Below are positions 9,541-17,899 of a stretch of DNA of 34,838 bases, piece after piece. The notes beneath the pieces were generated by a model. The model did not search any database. It was given only the letters and a program-made list of their open reading frames with translations, and was not told the origin of the DNA. This stretch comes from Pseudomonadota bacterium (GTDB taxonomy: Bacteria; Bdellovibrionota; FAC87; UBA2466). Both the position numbers and the translations under genes were made by a program. Numbering within the stretch: position 1 is the stretch's first letter; each line of letters begins with the position of its first letter. The stretch lies in assembly GCA_043718025.1 (NCBI GenBank), contig JAYSWN010000077.1:1-34838 (forward strand). The letters run 5' to 3'.

Positions 9541-10590
9541 TTACCGTCCTTCGGGGTTTTCTATTAGCACTGATTCAACGAGTTTCTTATGTTCAAGCGG
9601 GTCAAATTTTGCTGGCACGCCCTGAACGGCCATTCGATTGATCATGGCCGCCAGGCGGTATCCCGCCTTTAAAATCTGGCGCTCGGCGATTTTAAGTGAG
9701 CGCCGGGCGTAGTCGGCTTGCACGGTGGGAACTTTTGCGGGGTCGTAAAGGCCAAGGGCGGTATCGTCGGGCTTAGACTTGTCATTTACTTTACAGTATT
9801 CGCGGTCTTGCGGTTTGGTCTCTTTTTGATCTGGGTACACGTTCGAGTGAAGGGCGATGGCCTCTTCGTACCACGTGGTGAAGTTGGGAGCTGCTACCTC
9901 CTGAAGGTCTTTCTTCTGGATAGCGGGCTGTTTTTCTGCCTCCCGTAAAATAGCATCGGCATATTCAACGTAGCTGATGCGCCTTCGCTCTTTTCGTCGA
10001 CGAGGGTTTTTGCTGTAGAAATCTTCCGCCACGTAATCAAAAATGCGGTCATCCCAGACGGAGTGAAGGTTTACTTCGATCACCTTTTCGCTGCTCACCT
10101 CGCGCCATTGCACCGTGCAGAGACTGCCCCCGCGATCTAGCCCGTTGCCTACGTGCAAGGGTTGGTGAATGTCACCTAACGCGTGGATTAGGTAGCGAAA
10201 CAGCAACCGCTTTTGGTTGGGGGATTTGCTTGGGTCTAAGAGTAAACTCGGGGCTTGGGTTAAGAGCAGATGGGCGTCTTTTTTAGCTCGGTTTTTAGGG
10301 GTGAGGGTTTTTGGCGTAAGGCCAGGCGGAATTTCAATGTAGTGGTACGGAACAAAGGGGTCGAAGCGGGTGTCGGGCCGCACCAGATCCGCAAATAAGG
10401 AGGCGGTGGCCAGTGGTTCTGCGCCTAGAGTCTGAGTGACAAAGTGTTTACCTGCCTCCGAAAGGTGCCGTTCGGCAATTTCGGCAATCGTTTGGTGGCC
10501 TAAATCGCCCCATCCCCAGGCCTTTTGGATGGGGGCCAGCAGTAATCCGGCGAGCAGAGCGGGGAGCAGGGAGGAGAAAGTTCTAATCAT
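9541..10590 (-). CDS. Secreted S1/P1 nuclease
   Basis: Signal peptide then WGDLGH. Zinc-ligand motifs HALGDIHQPLH and NLHSVWD, plus C-terminal AGYRLA. Start placed at the ATG at 10590, behind GAGG. Confidence 0.93.
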   Translation of the reverse strand: MIRTFSSLLPALLAGLLLAPIQKAWGWGDLGHQTIAEIAERHLSEAGKHFVTQTLGAEPLATASLFADLVRPDTRFDPFVPYHYIEIPPGLTPKTLTPKNRAKKDAHLLLTQAPSLLLDPSKSPNQKRLLFRYLIHALGDIHQPLHVGNGLDRGGSLCTVQWREVSSEKVIEVNLHSVWDDRIFDYVAEDFYSKNPRRRKERRRISYVEYADAILREAEKQPAIQKKDLQEVAAPNFTTWYEEAIALHSNVYPDQKETKPQDREYCKVNDKSKPDDTALGLYDPAKVPTVQADYARRSLKIAERQILKAGYRLAAMINRMAVQGVPAKFDPLEHKKLVESVLIENPEGR

Positions 10591-10679
10591 CGTGGCCTCT
10601 CGTACGAATTGTAGCAACTTATTCAGGTTAACGCTTCTTGAGGATCAGACCCATTTCAGTTGCTCAGGGCCTTGGCTAA

Positions 10680-11357
10680 TCATGGCGTGGGCACAGGGCT
10701 TATGGCGGGAATGGCAACTGCTGGCGCGGCGGCAGCCGGCGGCACTTCCCCCGCTGCAGCGGACTCTTCCCACATGCCGGCCTCTTCGGTTTGCACTTTG
10801 AGGGTGACCACCTGGGCTTTGAGTCGTCTCTTTTTTGCTTCGCGTGAGCAGATGGTTTTGCCTTTCTTCTTTTCGGGGATCTGCCAAATTTTCCACAACG
10901 GTATGGTGGCGCCGATCACTTGGTCTTCGGCGGCGGTGGTGAGCGAAAACTTTTTGCTTTCGCCCTTGGCCAATGGTTCACCCGCGGTGGTTCCGGTAAA
11001 CTCCACTTTCACCGGCCGTAGCCCTAAGTTGGTAACTTTGATCTCCGAGCCAATGGCGCCAAAGGCCACGGTTTCGGCAATGTCGCTGGTGGTGGCCGAG
11101 TACATGGCTTCGTAACTTTTTTTATACTGGCAGCTCTCGGGGCCACCGGTCGGGGTCATGCCTACGGGGTAGGGGGTTTGCCAGTAGGCCAGGGTGATGG
11201 GGCCGTGCTTAGGCGCCAGTTTTATCCGCACCTGGTAGAGCGGTTCAATGGGATCACACCCAAAAACAAACCGTTTAGTGGGGTCGCACTCTTCGGTATC
11301 GGCAAAAACAAACTTTCCGGCGATAAGGGCCGCGATCAGAATCCAATTTTTAGGCAT
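10680..11357 (-). CDS. Exported hypothetical protein
   Basis: 225 aa. Signal peptide ending VFA, four Cys, Ala/Pro-rich tail. TGnTATAAT lies 6 nt before the ATG. Confidence 0.7.
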   Translation of the reverse strand: MPKNWILIAALIAGKFVFADTEECDPTKRFVFGCDPIEPLYQVRIKLAPKHGPITLAYWQTPYPVGMTPTGGPESCQYKKSYEAMYSATTSDIAETVAFGAIGSEIKVTNLGLRPVKVEFTGTTAGEPLAKGESKKFSLTTAAEDQVIGATIPLWKIWQIPEKKKGKTICSREAKKRRLKAQVVTLKVQTEEAGMWEESAAAGEVPPAAAAPAVAIPAISPVPTP

Positions 11358-11551
11358 CCCTCGATTATATCAAACTGAAGAATAGGGGCGGGGGTGCCCT
11401 TTTTTGCGTCGATTAACGGTGAAAAATGGCGTGCCGGTTAGCAAAGCACTTTCATTGGCGTAGCAAACTGAATTAATTCTCTTCAGGGTATGGTTAGGTG
11501 GCCCTTTTGGGTTGATTTAGGCGAGTCTTTTCAAGTAAGTTGCGTCGCGTC

Positions 11552-12286
11552 ATGAGAGCCACGTCACATTCCATTTTCGCCTTACGGCGGCCACAGCTAA
11601 TTCGAATTCCGCGCTACCTCTTGGCCGCTTTACCGATCTGCTTGGCCTATCTGCCCATCGCCTTTGCGTTTGGGGTGAGTGCCCACAATTCTGGTTTTCC
11701 GTTTGCCGCTACCGTGGCGATGTCGCTCTTTGTCTATGCCGGCTGCTCGCAAATGATCGCCGTTGGACTGTTGGCGGCTGGCCAACCTGCCTCGGTGGTG
11801 ATCCTCACTACGTTTTTGGTAAATCTGCGATTGCTGCTGTTGGGCACCGCCATTGCTGAGCGGTTAGGTCATTGGCCCGTGCTTCGAAAAACGCTTTTTG
11901 GATTGCAGCACACCGACGAAACTTTTGCCGCTTTATCGGCCGAGGGCGCGCGCGTTCCGCTCTCACAGAATCGCACGTTAAATTTTCAGTCCGTCATTCA
12001 CGCGTCATGGGTTATCGGTACGATTTTGGGCTACCAATTGAGTGGCATGGTGCTCGATGTAAAAGCGTTTGGCTTAGACTACGCCTTGCCCGGCATGCTG
12101 ATTGGTTTGGCGGGACTTATGTTGCGCACCCGCATTCAATTGGTGGTGGGGTTGAGCAGTGCTTGCATTGCTTTACTCGCGGTGGCGCTGGGGCAGGCGA
12201 CGGGTGGAGTTTTATTGGCCGCGATTTGTGGGCCCACCTTAGGCTATTGGCTGGAGAGAGAATGTCAGGCACCAACCCCTACTTAA
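11552..12286 (+). CDS. azlC: AzlC-family branched-chain amino acid exporter, large subunit
   Basis: PICLAYLPIAFAFG, MSLFVYAGCSQ, FLVNLR, TDETFA, GLDYALPGM motifs. Start uncertain (11540 or 11552). Confidence 0.92.
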   Translation: MRATSHSIFALRRPQLIRIPRYLLAALPICLAYLPIAFAFGVSAHNSGFPFAATVAMSLFVYAGCSQMIAVGLLAAGQPASVVILTTFLVNLRLLLLGTAIAERLGHWPVLRKTLFGLQHTDETFAALSAEGARVPLSQNRTLNFQSVIHASWVIGTILGYQLSGMVLDVKAFGLDYALPGMLIGLAGLMLRTRIQLVVGLSSACIALLAVALGQATGGVLLAAICGPTLGYWLERECQAPTPT

Positions 12287-12585
12287 TTGTCGCCGGCATG
12301 GCGCTGGTTACGCAAATACCGCGGGTACTACCGTTACTGCTGCTCGGAAGAAAACCGCTGCCCTCGGGAATGCGCCGTTGGCTGTCGTACGTGCCCGCCA
12401 GCATCATTTGCGCCATGCTCGCTACTCAACTGTTCGTTTATCAGGGTAGGGTTTCGCTTGCCGGCAACGAGGCTTTTATTTTAGCGGCCGTTCCCAGCTT
12501 ATTCATTGCGGTAACGGCGCGAAATATTCTGGTGAGCGTACTCACCGGCCTGGTTTCGGTCGCTCTGCTTCGCCTCATCCTTTGA
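12262..12585 (+). CDS. azlD: AzlD-family exporter, small subunit
   Basis: 107 aa from the ATG at 12262 behind GGAG. GMALVTQIPRVLP...WLSYVPASIICAM. Overlaps the azlC end. Confidence 0.9.
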   Translation: MSGTNPYLIVAGMALVTQIPRVLPLLLLGRKPLPSGMRRWLSYVPASIICAMLATQLFVYQGRVSLAGNEAFILAAVPSLFIAVTARNILVSVLTGLVSVALLRLIL

Positions 12586-12609
12586 CGCTTAGTCCCTAGA
12601 TCTCCCTTC

Positions 12610-12635
12610 GGCCGCCCTTTCACGGCGGTTGTTTT
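12610..12635 (+). terminator. Possible terminator after azlCD
   Basis: GGCCGCC-CTTTCAC-GGCGGTT then GTTTT. Confidence 0.4.
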
Positions 12636-12679
12636 GATGACCGGATGCCCTTACAATTCGGTATCTCAATTTAAAAAAA

Positions 12680-13747
12680 GTGAACCACAACCTTGCCATT
12701 CATTTCTTTGAACAAGAATACGGCAAACTCTTTTGTGATTCGCCGGCTTCGTTCGAACCTTGGGGCCGTTACCGCATCTCATTCATTATCGCGGCGCGTC
12801 CCGAGCAAATCCCCTACGTGGCGTTGAATTCGTTGCGCGCCTTGAACCTGTCGCGCGAAAGATTTGAAATCATAGTTGCCTACGGAAACCGTCCGGCCCT
12901 GCAACGAAACCAAGCCGCCCGGCAAGCCACCGGAAACTTTTTATATTTCTTAGATGACGACACAACCGTAAGTCACACCAACTTGGCCTGTCTGGACCAA
13001 ACCCTGCGCCAATTTGCGGTGAATCCTAATGAGTTGATTCTCGGCGGGCCGGTGGTGCTTCCCCCCAGCGCCGAACCTTTTGAAAAGGCGTTGGGTTTGG
13101 CCTTTGCTTCGCCCTTGGGGATTGGACCTTACCGATTTCGCTATTCAAGGGAAGGGGAGGCTCGTTTTGCTACGGAGCGCGATTTAATTTTGGCGAATCT
13201 GCTTATTTCGCGCGACCTCTTTTTGCAGTCAGAGGGCTTTAAAGAAGATCTGTATCCCGGCGAAGAAAATCAGTGGCTAAAGCGGGTAACCGCCGCGGGA
13301 ATTCGCCCCCTTTATCATCCGCAGTTTGCGGCTTACCGTAGGCAGCGTGCCAGCTTCAAAACAGTGTTCCAGCTCGGTCTAACTTACGGCGAAGGCCGGG
13401 CAAAACATTTTTTTGAACACGTGCAGCCTTTGGATCTCATTCTACTTGCCCCCTCAATACTGGTTGGCTTCACAATCTACGCGATGCTAACCAATTCAGT
13501 TTTAATTGCCGGGCTAGTCTTCGGCTATTTCGCGGCAATTGTTGTGGCTTCGGTAACGCTATCAAAGTTTAGTGGCGCCCTTTTTAAGTTCACCGGCATT
13601 TTTACTCTTCTCCACTATGGCTACGGACTTGGTTTTTTAAAGGGCCTGCTATTTAAAAAGACACGGCGTCCGCCTGCGGGCAGGGTTGAAATTAAGTTTC
13701 ACAACTTAAAAAATCTTTTGCAACCGCCGGCCTTGGGTTTATCGTGA
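12680..13747 (+). CDS. GT2-family glycosyltransferase with C-terminal transmembrane helices
   Basis: RNQAA...FLYFLDDD (DxD), GGP, GFKEDLYPGEE, then three hydrophobic segments ending HYGYGLGFLKG. Confidence 0.85.
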   Translation: MNHNLAIHFFEQEYGKLFCDSPASFEPWGRYRISFIIAARPEQIPYVALNSLRALNLSRERFEIIVAYGNRPALQRNQAARQATGNFLYFLDDDTTVSHTNLACLDQTLRQFAVNPNELILGGPVVLPPSAEPFEKALGLAFASPLGIGPYRFRYSREGEARFATERDLILANLLISRDLFLQSEGFKEDLYPGEENQWLKRVTAAGIRPLYHPQFAAYRRQRASFKTVFQLGLTYGEGRAKHFFEHVQPLDLILLAPSILVGFTIYAMLTNSVLIAGLVFGYFAAIVVASVTLSKFSGALFKFTGIFTLLHYGYGLGFLKGLLFKKTRRPPAGRVEIKFHNLKNLLQPPALGLS

Positions 13748-13806
13748 TCCTCACGACCAGTTAATCCGCGACTCCTGACAAAATCGTCAAGATTCCATGG
13801 CAAGAA

Positions 13807-14856
13807 ATGATGAAAACACTTTCACTCAGAAATGATCCGCTAAGCGTCTCTTCCCACCAAATCGAGCTGCTCAATGGCGCTCAGGACGGGTTAAACAAGC
13901 TGCCAAAGTTTGCGACCAAGCTTGAGGAGACCGGCCTATTCCCTTTAGTGCCCACCGAAATTCATACCCTACAGTTGAATGTGGGAAAAATGTGCAACCA
14001 GACGTGCACTCATTGCCACGTCGACGCCGGACCCGATCGCACCGAGGTCATGACCCGCGAAACGATGCAGCACTGCCTAAATGTGATCAAAGGTTCGAAG
14101 ATCCGTACGGTCGATATTACCGGGGGCGCCCCCGAAATGAACCCTGACTTTCGGTGGTTGGTTGAGCAGCTTTCGGCGTTGGGGGTGCAGGTCATCGTGC
14201 GCTGCAATCTTACAATTATTTTGGCGGCCAAGCGCTACAACGACCTGCCTCAGTTTTTTGCCGAGCATAGGGTGCACGTGGTGAGTTCGCTGCCTTGCTA
14301 CAGCAAAACTAACACCGATCAACAACGCGGCCTGGGCGTTTTCGACAAATCGATTACGGCTTTGAAAATGCTAAACGACGTGGGCTACGGCAAAGACGGT
14401 ACTGGGTTAATGCTCGACCTGGTCTACAATCCGGCCGGTGCGTTTTTGCCCCCTGATCAAGCAAAGCTTGAGCGCGATTTTAAGCGGGAGCTGAAGAGCC
14501 TTTTTGCGATCGAATTTAATGAATTGCTTACCATCACTAACTTGCCGGTTTCGCGGTTTCTTGAGTTTCTCGTTGAAAGTGGGGGGCTGGAAACTTACAT
14601 GAGCAAACTGGTGCAGTCCTATAACCCAGCCTCGGCGGCCGGCGTGATGTGCCGCAGTATGGTGTCGGTAGGATGGGATGGAAAACTCTACGACTGCGAT
14701 TTTAATCAGATGCTTGAGATCGAAGTGAAGTCTTCGCTTCGTCACATAAAAGATTTTGACAGTTCCGTACTCAGCTCGCGCTGCATCGCCATTGATCAGC
14801 ACTGCTACGGTTGCACCGCCGGTCAGGGTTCTAGTTGCGGTGGCCAAACCACCTGA
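13807..14856 (+). CDS. arsS: ArsS-type radical SAM / Cys-rich protein (arsenosugar biosynthesis family, DUF3641 C-terminus)
   Basis: CNQTCTHCHVDAGP (CX3CX2C), DITGGAPE, SLPCY, MCR...YDCDFNQML, HCYGCTAGQGSSCGG. Confidence 0.88.
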   Translation: MMKTLSLRNDPLSVSSHQIELLNGAQDGLNKLPKFATKLEETGLFPLVPTEIHTLQLNVGKMCNQTCTHCHVDAGPDRTEVMTRETMQHCLNVIKGSKIRTVDITGGAPEMNPDFRWLVEQLSALGVQVIVRCNLTIILAAKRYNDLPQFFAEHRVHVVSSLPCYSKTNTDQQRGLGVFDKSITALKMLNDVGYGKDGTGLMLDLVYNPAGAFLPPDQAKLERDFKRELKSLFAIEFNELLTITNLPVSRFLEFLVESGGLETYMSKLVQSYNPASAAGVMCRSMVSVGWDGKLYDCDFNQMLEIEVKSSLRHIKDFDSSVLSSRCIAIDQHCYGCTAGQGSSCGGQTT

Positions 14857-14889
14857 GTTTTTCGCTCAAAGAAGACCACAAATACGCCA

Positions 14890-14976
14890 ACCATTCTCAC
14901 CGCCTGGATCACCACACTGCCAATCGCCGCCGCGTTGGGATTGGCCTGTTTTTTTGTCCTCGATAAGTTCCTCTAA
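14890..14976 (+). pseudogene. C-terminal remnant of a PiT/PHO4 inorganic phosphate transporter
   Basis: Translates as TILTAWITTLPIAAALGLACFFVLDKFL*, matching the PiT terminal helix pattern I..AW..TLP.A. No ATG start codon. Confidence 0.6.
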
Positions 14977-15062
14977 AATTGCGCATTAATCCTCTTGATT
15001 GTGCGCTTGCGTTGTCACATCTTGCGGACACGGACCATTTAGGGCCGGTTGAGGAATTTAAG

Positions 15063-16103
15063 ATGAAAAACTATGCGTTGGTGGCCCTCGCCCTCACTCT
15101 TTTCATCGCGGCAACTCCCGTTTTTGGGGGCGATGAAGACAACTATGAAAACGCCTATATGCCGCGGGGAAGGTACCAGGGGCAGCTACTCGACACGCGC
15201 GATCGCCGCTCCATCCGTATTTTTACTGATCTCGAGGCCTCCCCCTACCGGCAAAACGCCGACGACATCATTATCGCCAACTTTTATCACGAAGGAAAAT
15301 TCTGGATCGCCCGCTTTCCGGCAGACGGCGTTGACGAAATTTTTTTTCACAAAGTGGTGATGAAAACTAAGGTTCCGGCTGCGCACGCACAGTTACGCTT
15401 TAAAATGAAAAAGGGCCATGAAATTGAGCTCTATGCGCCAGCGGGGGCCGCGGTCCCCACCAGCAATAAAATTTCTGACGTGGTTTACTCCGTCGAGGCG
15501 ATGCCGGTTTACGGTGACAAATACGATTTATTTAACGGCGTGAGAAACCACTTTGGTTTGGGGCTCAGGTTCATGTCGATTGAAGAGGCCTATTTCAAAT
15601 CCATTTATCTGAATGACCAGCACGTCGAGCAGATTCCGCTTTCGGTCTTGCCCAATGCTGAACAAACCCTACTTCGGGAAGCCCTGGTCCGTAGTGACAC
15701 GCTCGGCATGGCCCAAATGTACAACACCCTCACGCGAAGCTGTTGTACCGAATCGTTTGGGCTGCTCGATCGATCTTCGGCCCGCACCTGGCTGCGCATG
15801 CCGGCCTATGGTCTGGTGGTATTGCCGATGCTGCCTCGTACTTACTTATGGTTACGGCAGCTCATTGATTTTGGAACCTTGATCCGTAACCAATACCCTT
15901 CACTTGAAGAAGAGTTCGCCCACCTGAAAGAAACAGTGGGTTGGTCCGCGCGTAAAGCGGCGTTGCTTGCCCGCGATGCTGCCGATAGAAGCGCGTTTGC
16001 AACGCGAATGAATCTTGCCGCGCAAAAATGTGATTTAGATGCCTTTAGCCGTCGCAATCAGGGACCGGATCAGTACGATGGTAGCAATGATGGTGCGGAG
16101 TAG
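15063..16103 (+). CDS. Exported protein, putative permuted papain-like fold (DUF4105/Lnb-like)
   Basis: Start at the ATG at 15063 behind GAGG gives a signal peptide. AAHAQLRF precedes YNTLTRSCCT, the His-before-Cys order with a Y..L..[NS]C motif. Confidence 0.55.
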   Translation: MKNYALVALALTLFIAATPVFGGDEDNYENAYMPRGRYQGQLLDTRDRRSIRIFTDLEASPYRQNADDIIIANFYHEGKFWIARFPADGVDEIFFHKVVMKTKVPAAHAQLRFKMKKGHEIELYAPAGAAVPTSNKISDVVYSVEAMPVYGDKYDLFNGVRNHFGLGLRFMSIEEAYFKSIYLNDQHVEQIPLSVLPNAEQTLLREALVRSDTLGMAQMYNTLTRSCCTESFGLLDRSSARTWLRMPAYGLVVLPMLPRTYLWLRQLIDFGTLIRNQYPSLEEEFAHLKETVGWSARKAALLARDAADRSAFATRMNLAAQKCDLDAFSRRNQGPDQYDGSNDGAE

Positions 16104-16128
16104 ACCATAAGCCGGGGGAAAGTTGAAG

Positions 16129-16177
16129 AAATCGGGCCCCCCTCCGGGTCGTCGCTTTCCCATCGGGGGGCCGATTT
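16129..16177 (+). terminator. GC-rich hairpin, possible terminator
   Basis: AAATCGG(G)CCCCCC ... GGGGGGCCGATTT, 25 nt after the stop at 16103. U-tract is short. Confidence 0.45.
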
Positions 16178-16243
16178 AAGGCCTACAAGTCTAGTTTCTC
16201 TGTTTGCTACAAATCTGTCGAATTCATAAGGGGAATAGGTGTA

Positions 16244-16258
16244 ATAAATAAAACCTAT
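16244..16258. promoter_or_regulatory. LysR-type box (ATA-N9-TAT) overlapping the lysR start
   Basis: ATAAATAAAACCTAT contains the T-N11-A core. Confidence 0.45.
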
Positions 16259-17144
16259 GATGCCTTCTCCTCACGATTTGGTCTATTTCATCGAGGTCAG
16301 CCAGACCCTAAACGTATCCCGCGCCGCCGAGCGATTGGGGATAAGTCAGCCCACATTGAGTTTGGCGGTGCAACGGCTGGAGGCAAATTTTGGCGCCCCG
16401 CTCTTAATTCGCACCAAATCGGGGGTGCATTTAACCCACTCCGGCCAGAAGCTGGTCGCTCAAGCGCGCCTGTTGCTACTGGAGTGGGAACGTATCCGCG
16501 AAGACGCGCTACGCGATGAAAATGAAATTCGGGGTCGTTACATTATCGGCTGCCACCCTTCGGTGGCGCTCTACTCGCTACCCAGTTTTGTCAGCGACTT
16601 GCTCGCCCAGAACGCCGAGTTGGAGTTGAAACTGGTGCACGATTTGTCGCGTAAGATAACTGAAGACGTTATCAGTTTTAAGGTGGACTTCGGAATTGTG
16701 GTGAACCCGTGGCAACATCCCGACCTGGTCATTCGGGCGATGGCGAAAGACGAAGTCACACTATGGGTTGGACCGAAGCGCACGCCACTTCAAGATCCGT
16801 ACAGCGGTGAAGCCGTTTTAATTTGCGACGACGACTTGTTGCAAACCCAGGCAATCTTAAAGCAGCTGGCCAAAAAAGGGATGGGTTTCAAACGCGTATT
16901 AAACACCTCGAGCCTTGAAGTGATCACCGCGCTGGTGGCCTCGGGCGCAGGAGTAGGCATTTTGCCGACGCGAGTAGCAACCAGAATCAAAGCCCAAAAG
17001 CTCGAGCCATTTGGCGAAGAGAGTCCTCGGTTTTTAGACAAAATATACTTGGTGTTTCGTGCCGACGTGCAAAAATCTAAAGCCAGCCGCCGCCTCGCCA
17101 AGATTATTGAGGCGACGATGAATCCCGAAGTTCATGACAATTAA
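16257..17144 (+). CDS. LysR-family transcriptional regulator
   Basis: NVSRAAERLGISQPTLSLAVQRLEANFGAPLLIR HTH. 295 aa, with LVASGAGVGILP in the effector domain. Confidence 0.96.
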   Translation: MMPSPHDLVYFIEVSQTLNVSRAAERLGISQPTLSLAVQRLEANFGAPLLIRTKSGVHLTHSGQKLVAQARLLLLEWERIREDALRDENEIRGRYIIGCHPSVALYSLPSFVSDLLAQNAELELKLVHDLSRKITEDVISFKVDFGIVVNPWQHPDLVIRAMAKDEVTLWVGPKRTPLQDPYSGEAVLICDDDLLQTQAILKQLAKKGMGFKRVLNTSSLEVITALVASGAGVGILPTRVATRIKAQKLEPFGEESPRFLDKIYLVFRADVQKSKASRRLAKIIEATMNPEVHDN

Positions 17145-17160
17145 GGGGTCGCTGTTGGGG

Positions 17161-17250
17161 TCAACCCGCGATTAGCATCGGCAACGTCGCAAGAGAAAAA
17201 AGAATCAAAAACAGAAAATAGATCGTTAGTGGTAATTTGAGCGTCTGCAT
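17161..17250 (-). CDS. Unannotated 29-aa single-TM small protein
   Basis: TAAGGAG SD immediately upstream (TAAGGAGTACGTATG). MQTLKLPLTIYFLFLILFSLATLPMLIAG-TGA. Co-oriented 41 nt downstream of the FHA gene. Confidence 0.6.
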   Translation of the reverse strand: MQTLKLPLTIYFLFLILFSLATLPMLIAG

Positions 17251-17291
17251 ACGTACTCCTTAGGACGGTGAACTAAAAAAAATTGTAAAAC

Positions 17292-17738
17292 TTAACGAGC
17301 CAATCCCTTTTGTAGGGAGCCAGGTTCTTCATCGTAAATCCGACCTAAGCTGTCCTTTTCTGTCCAGAGTAGGTTGATTGGGTAAGCTTTATTGGGGGAG
17401 ACCGATTCGCCAAGCGAACTGGGCTCACACTCATATTCTACAATCGAAACCACGGTGTCGCCGATGCGAATGTGCGAACCTGGGCCGATTGGCATGTCCT
17501 TAACTAATTCTTCACCAACAAAGGTTCCGGCCGTCGTCTGCATGTCCATCACGCGCAATTCGCCGCGCAGGCCTTGGTACAACATGGCGTGCTGGCAGGC
17601 ACAATGATCATCCTCAAGCTTAAGATCTGAGCCTTTGCTGCCGATTATCAGCGAATCCTTTTTGAGTAAGACCGTTTTTGAAACCATTTCACCGGCGGCA
17701 TCGCATTTCATAACCATTAATTTAATGTACATACTCAC
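17292..17738 (-). CDS. FHA-domain protein (degenerate pThr-binding residues)
   Basis: LIIGSKGSDLKLEDDHCACQHAMLY...VMDMQTTAGTFV...GSHIRIGDT follows the FHA pattern GR...S..HA...D..S.NGT.V...GD.I.IG. Confidence 0.8.
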   Translation of the reverse strand: MSMYIKLMVMKCDAAGEMVSKTVLLKKDSLIIGSKGSDLKLEDDHCACQHAMLYQGLRGELRVMDMQTTAGTFVGEELVKDMPIGPGSHIRIGDTVVSIVEYECEPSSLGESVSPNKAYPINLLWTEKDSLGRIYDEEPGSLQKGLAR

Positions 17739-17829
17739 TCCTAAACTCTTCGTTAAACTTGAGCCTACGTCCTACAATTAAAGTATAGTTCGCGGTCAAA
17801 ACTTCTGAACTCACATGGATGTCGGGAGC

Positions 17830-17847
17830 GTCTGAAACCTAGACAGT
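17830..17847. promoter_or_regulatory. GTC-N9-GAC box upstream of the FHA gene
   Basis: GTCTGAAACCTAGACAGT, similar to both boxes at 3282 and 3359. A minus-strand TATACT lies at 17782-17787. Confidence 0.35.
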
Positions 17848-17899
17848 TAACTACGGAGTTATTTCAATCATTTGGGAGGTAGGTGAGCGCCTTGGGCCC

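Noticed and set aside
11427..11443. Sigma54 promoter upstream of azlC (TGGCGTGCCGGTTAGCA)
   Set aside because: GG-to-GC spacing is 11 nt rather than the required 10.
11872..12261. N-terminal 130 aa of the 237-aa ORF
   Set aside because: It overlaps azlC out of frame. The real azlD starts at 12262 behind an SD.
14830..14950. Selenocysteine at the arsS TGA
   Set aside because: The family's variable Cys/Sec position (GSSCGG) is already TGC. The TGA falls at the normal protein end, and the nearest clear hairpin is about 60 nt away, too far for a typical bacterial SECIS.
14979..15062. N-terminal extension of the 374-aa ORF
   Set aside because: The SD and signal peptide point to the ATG at 15063.
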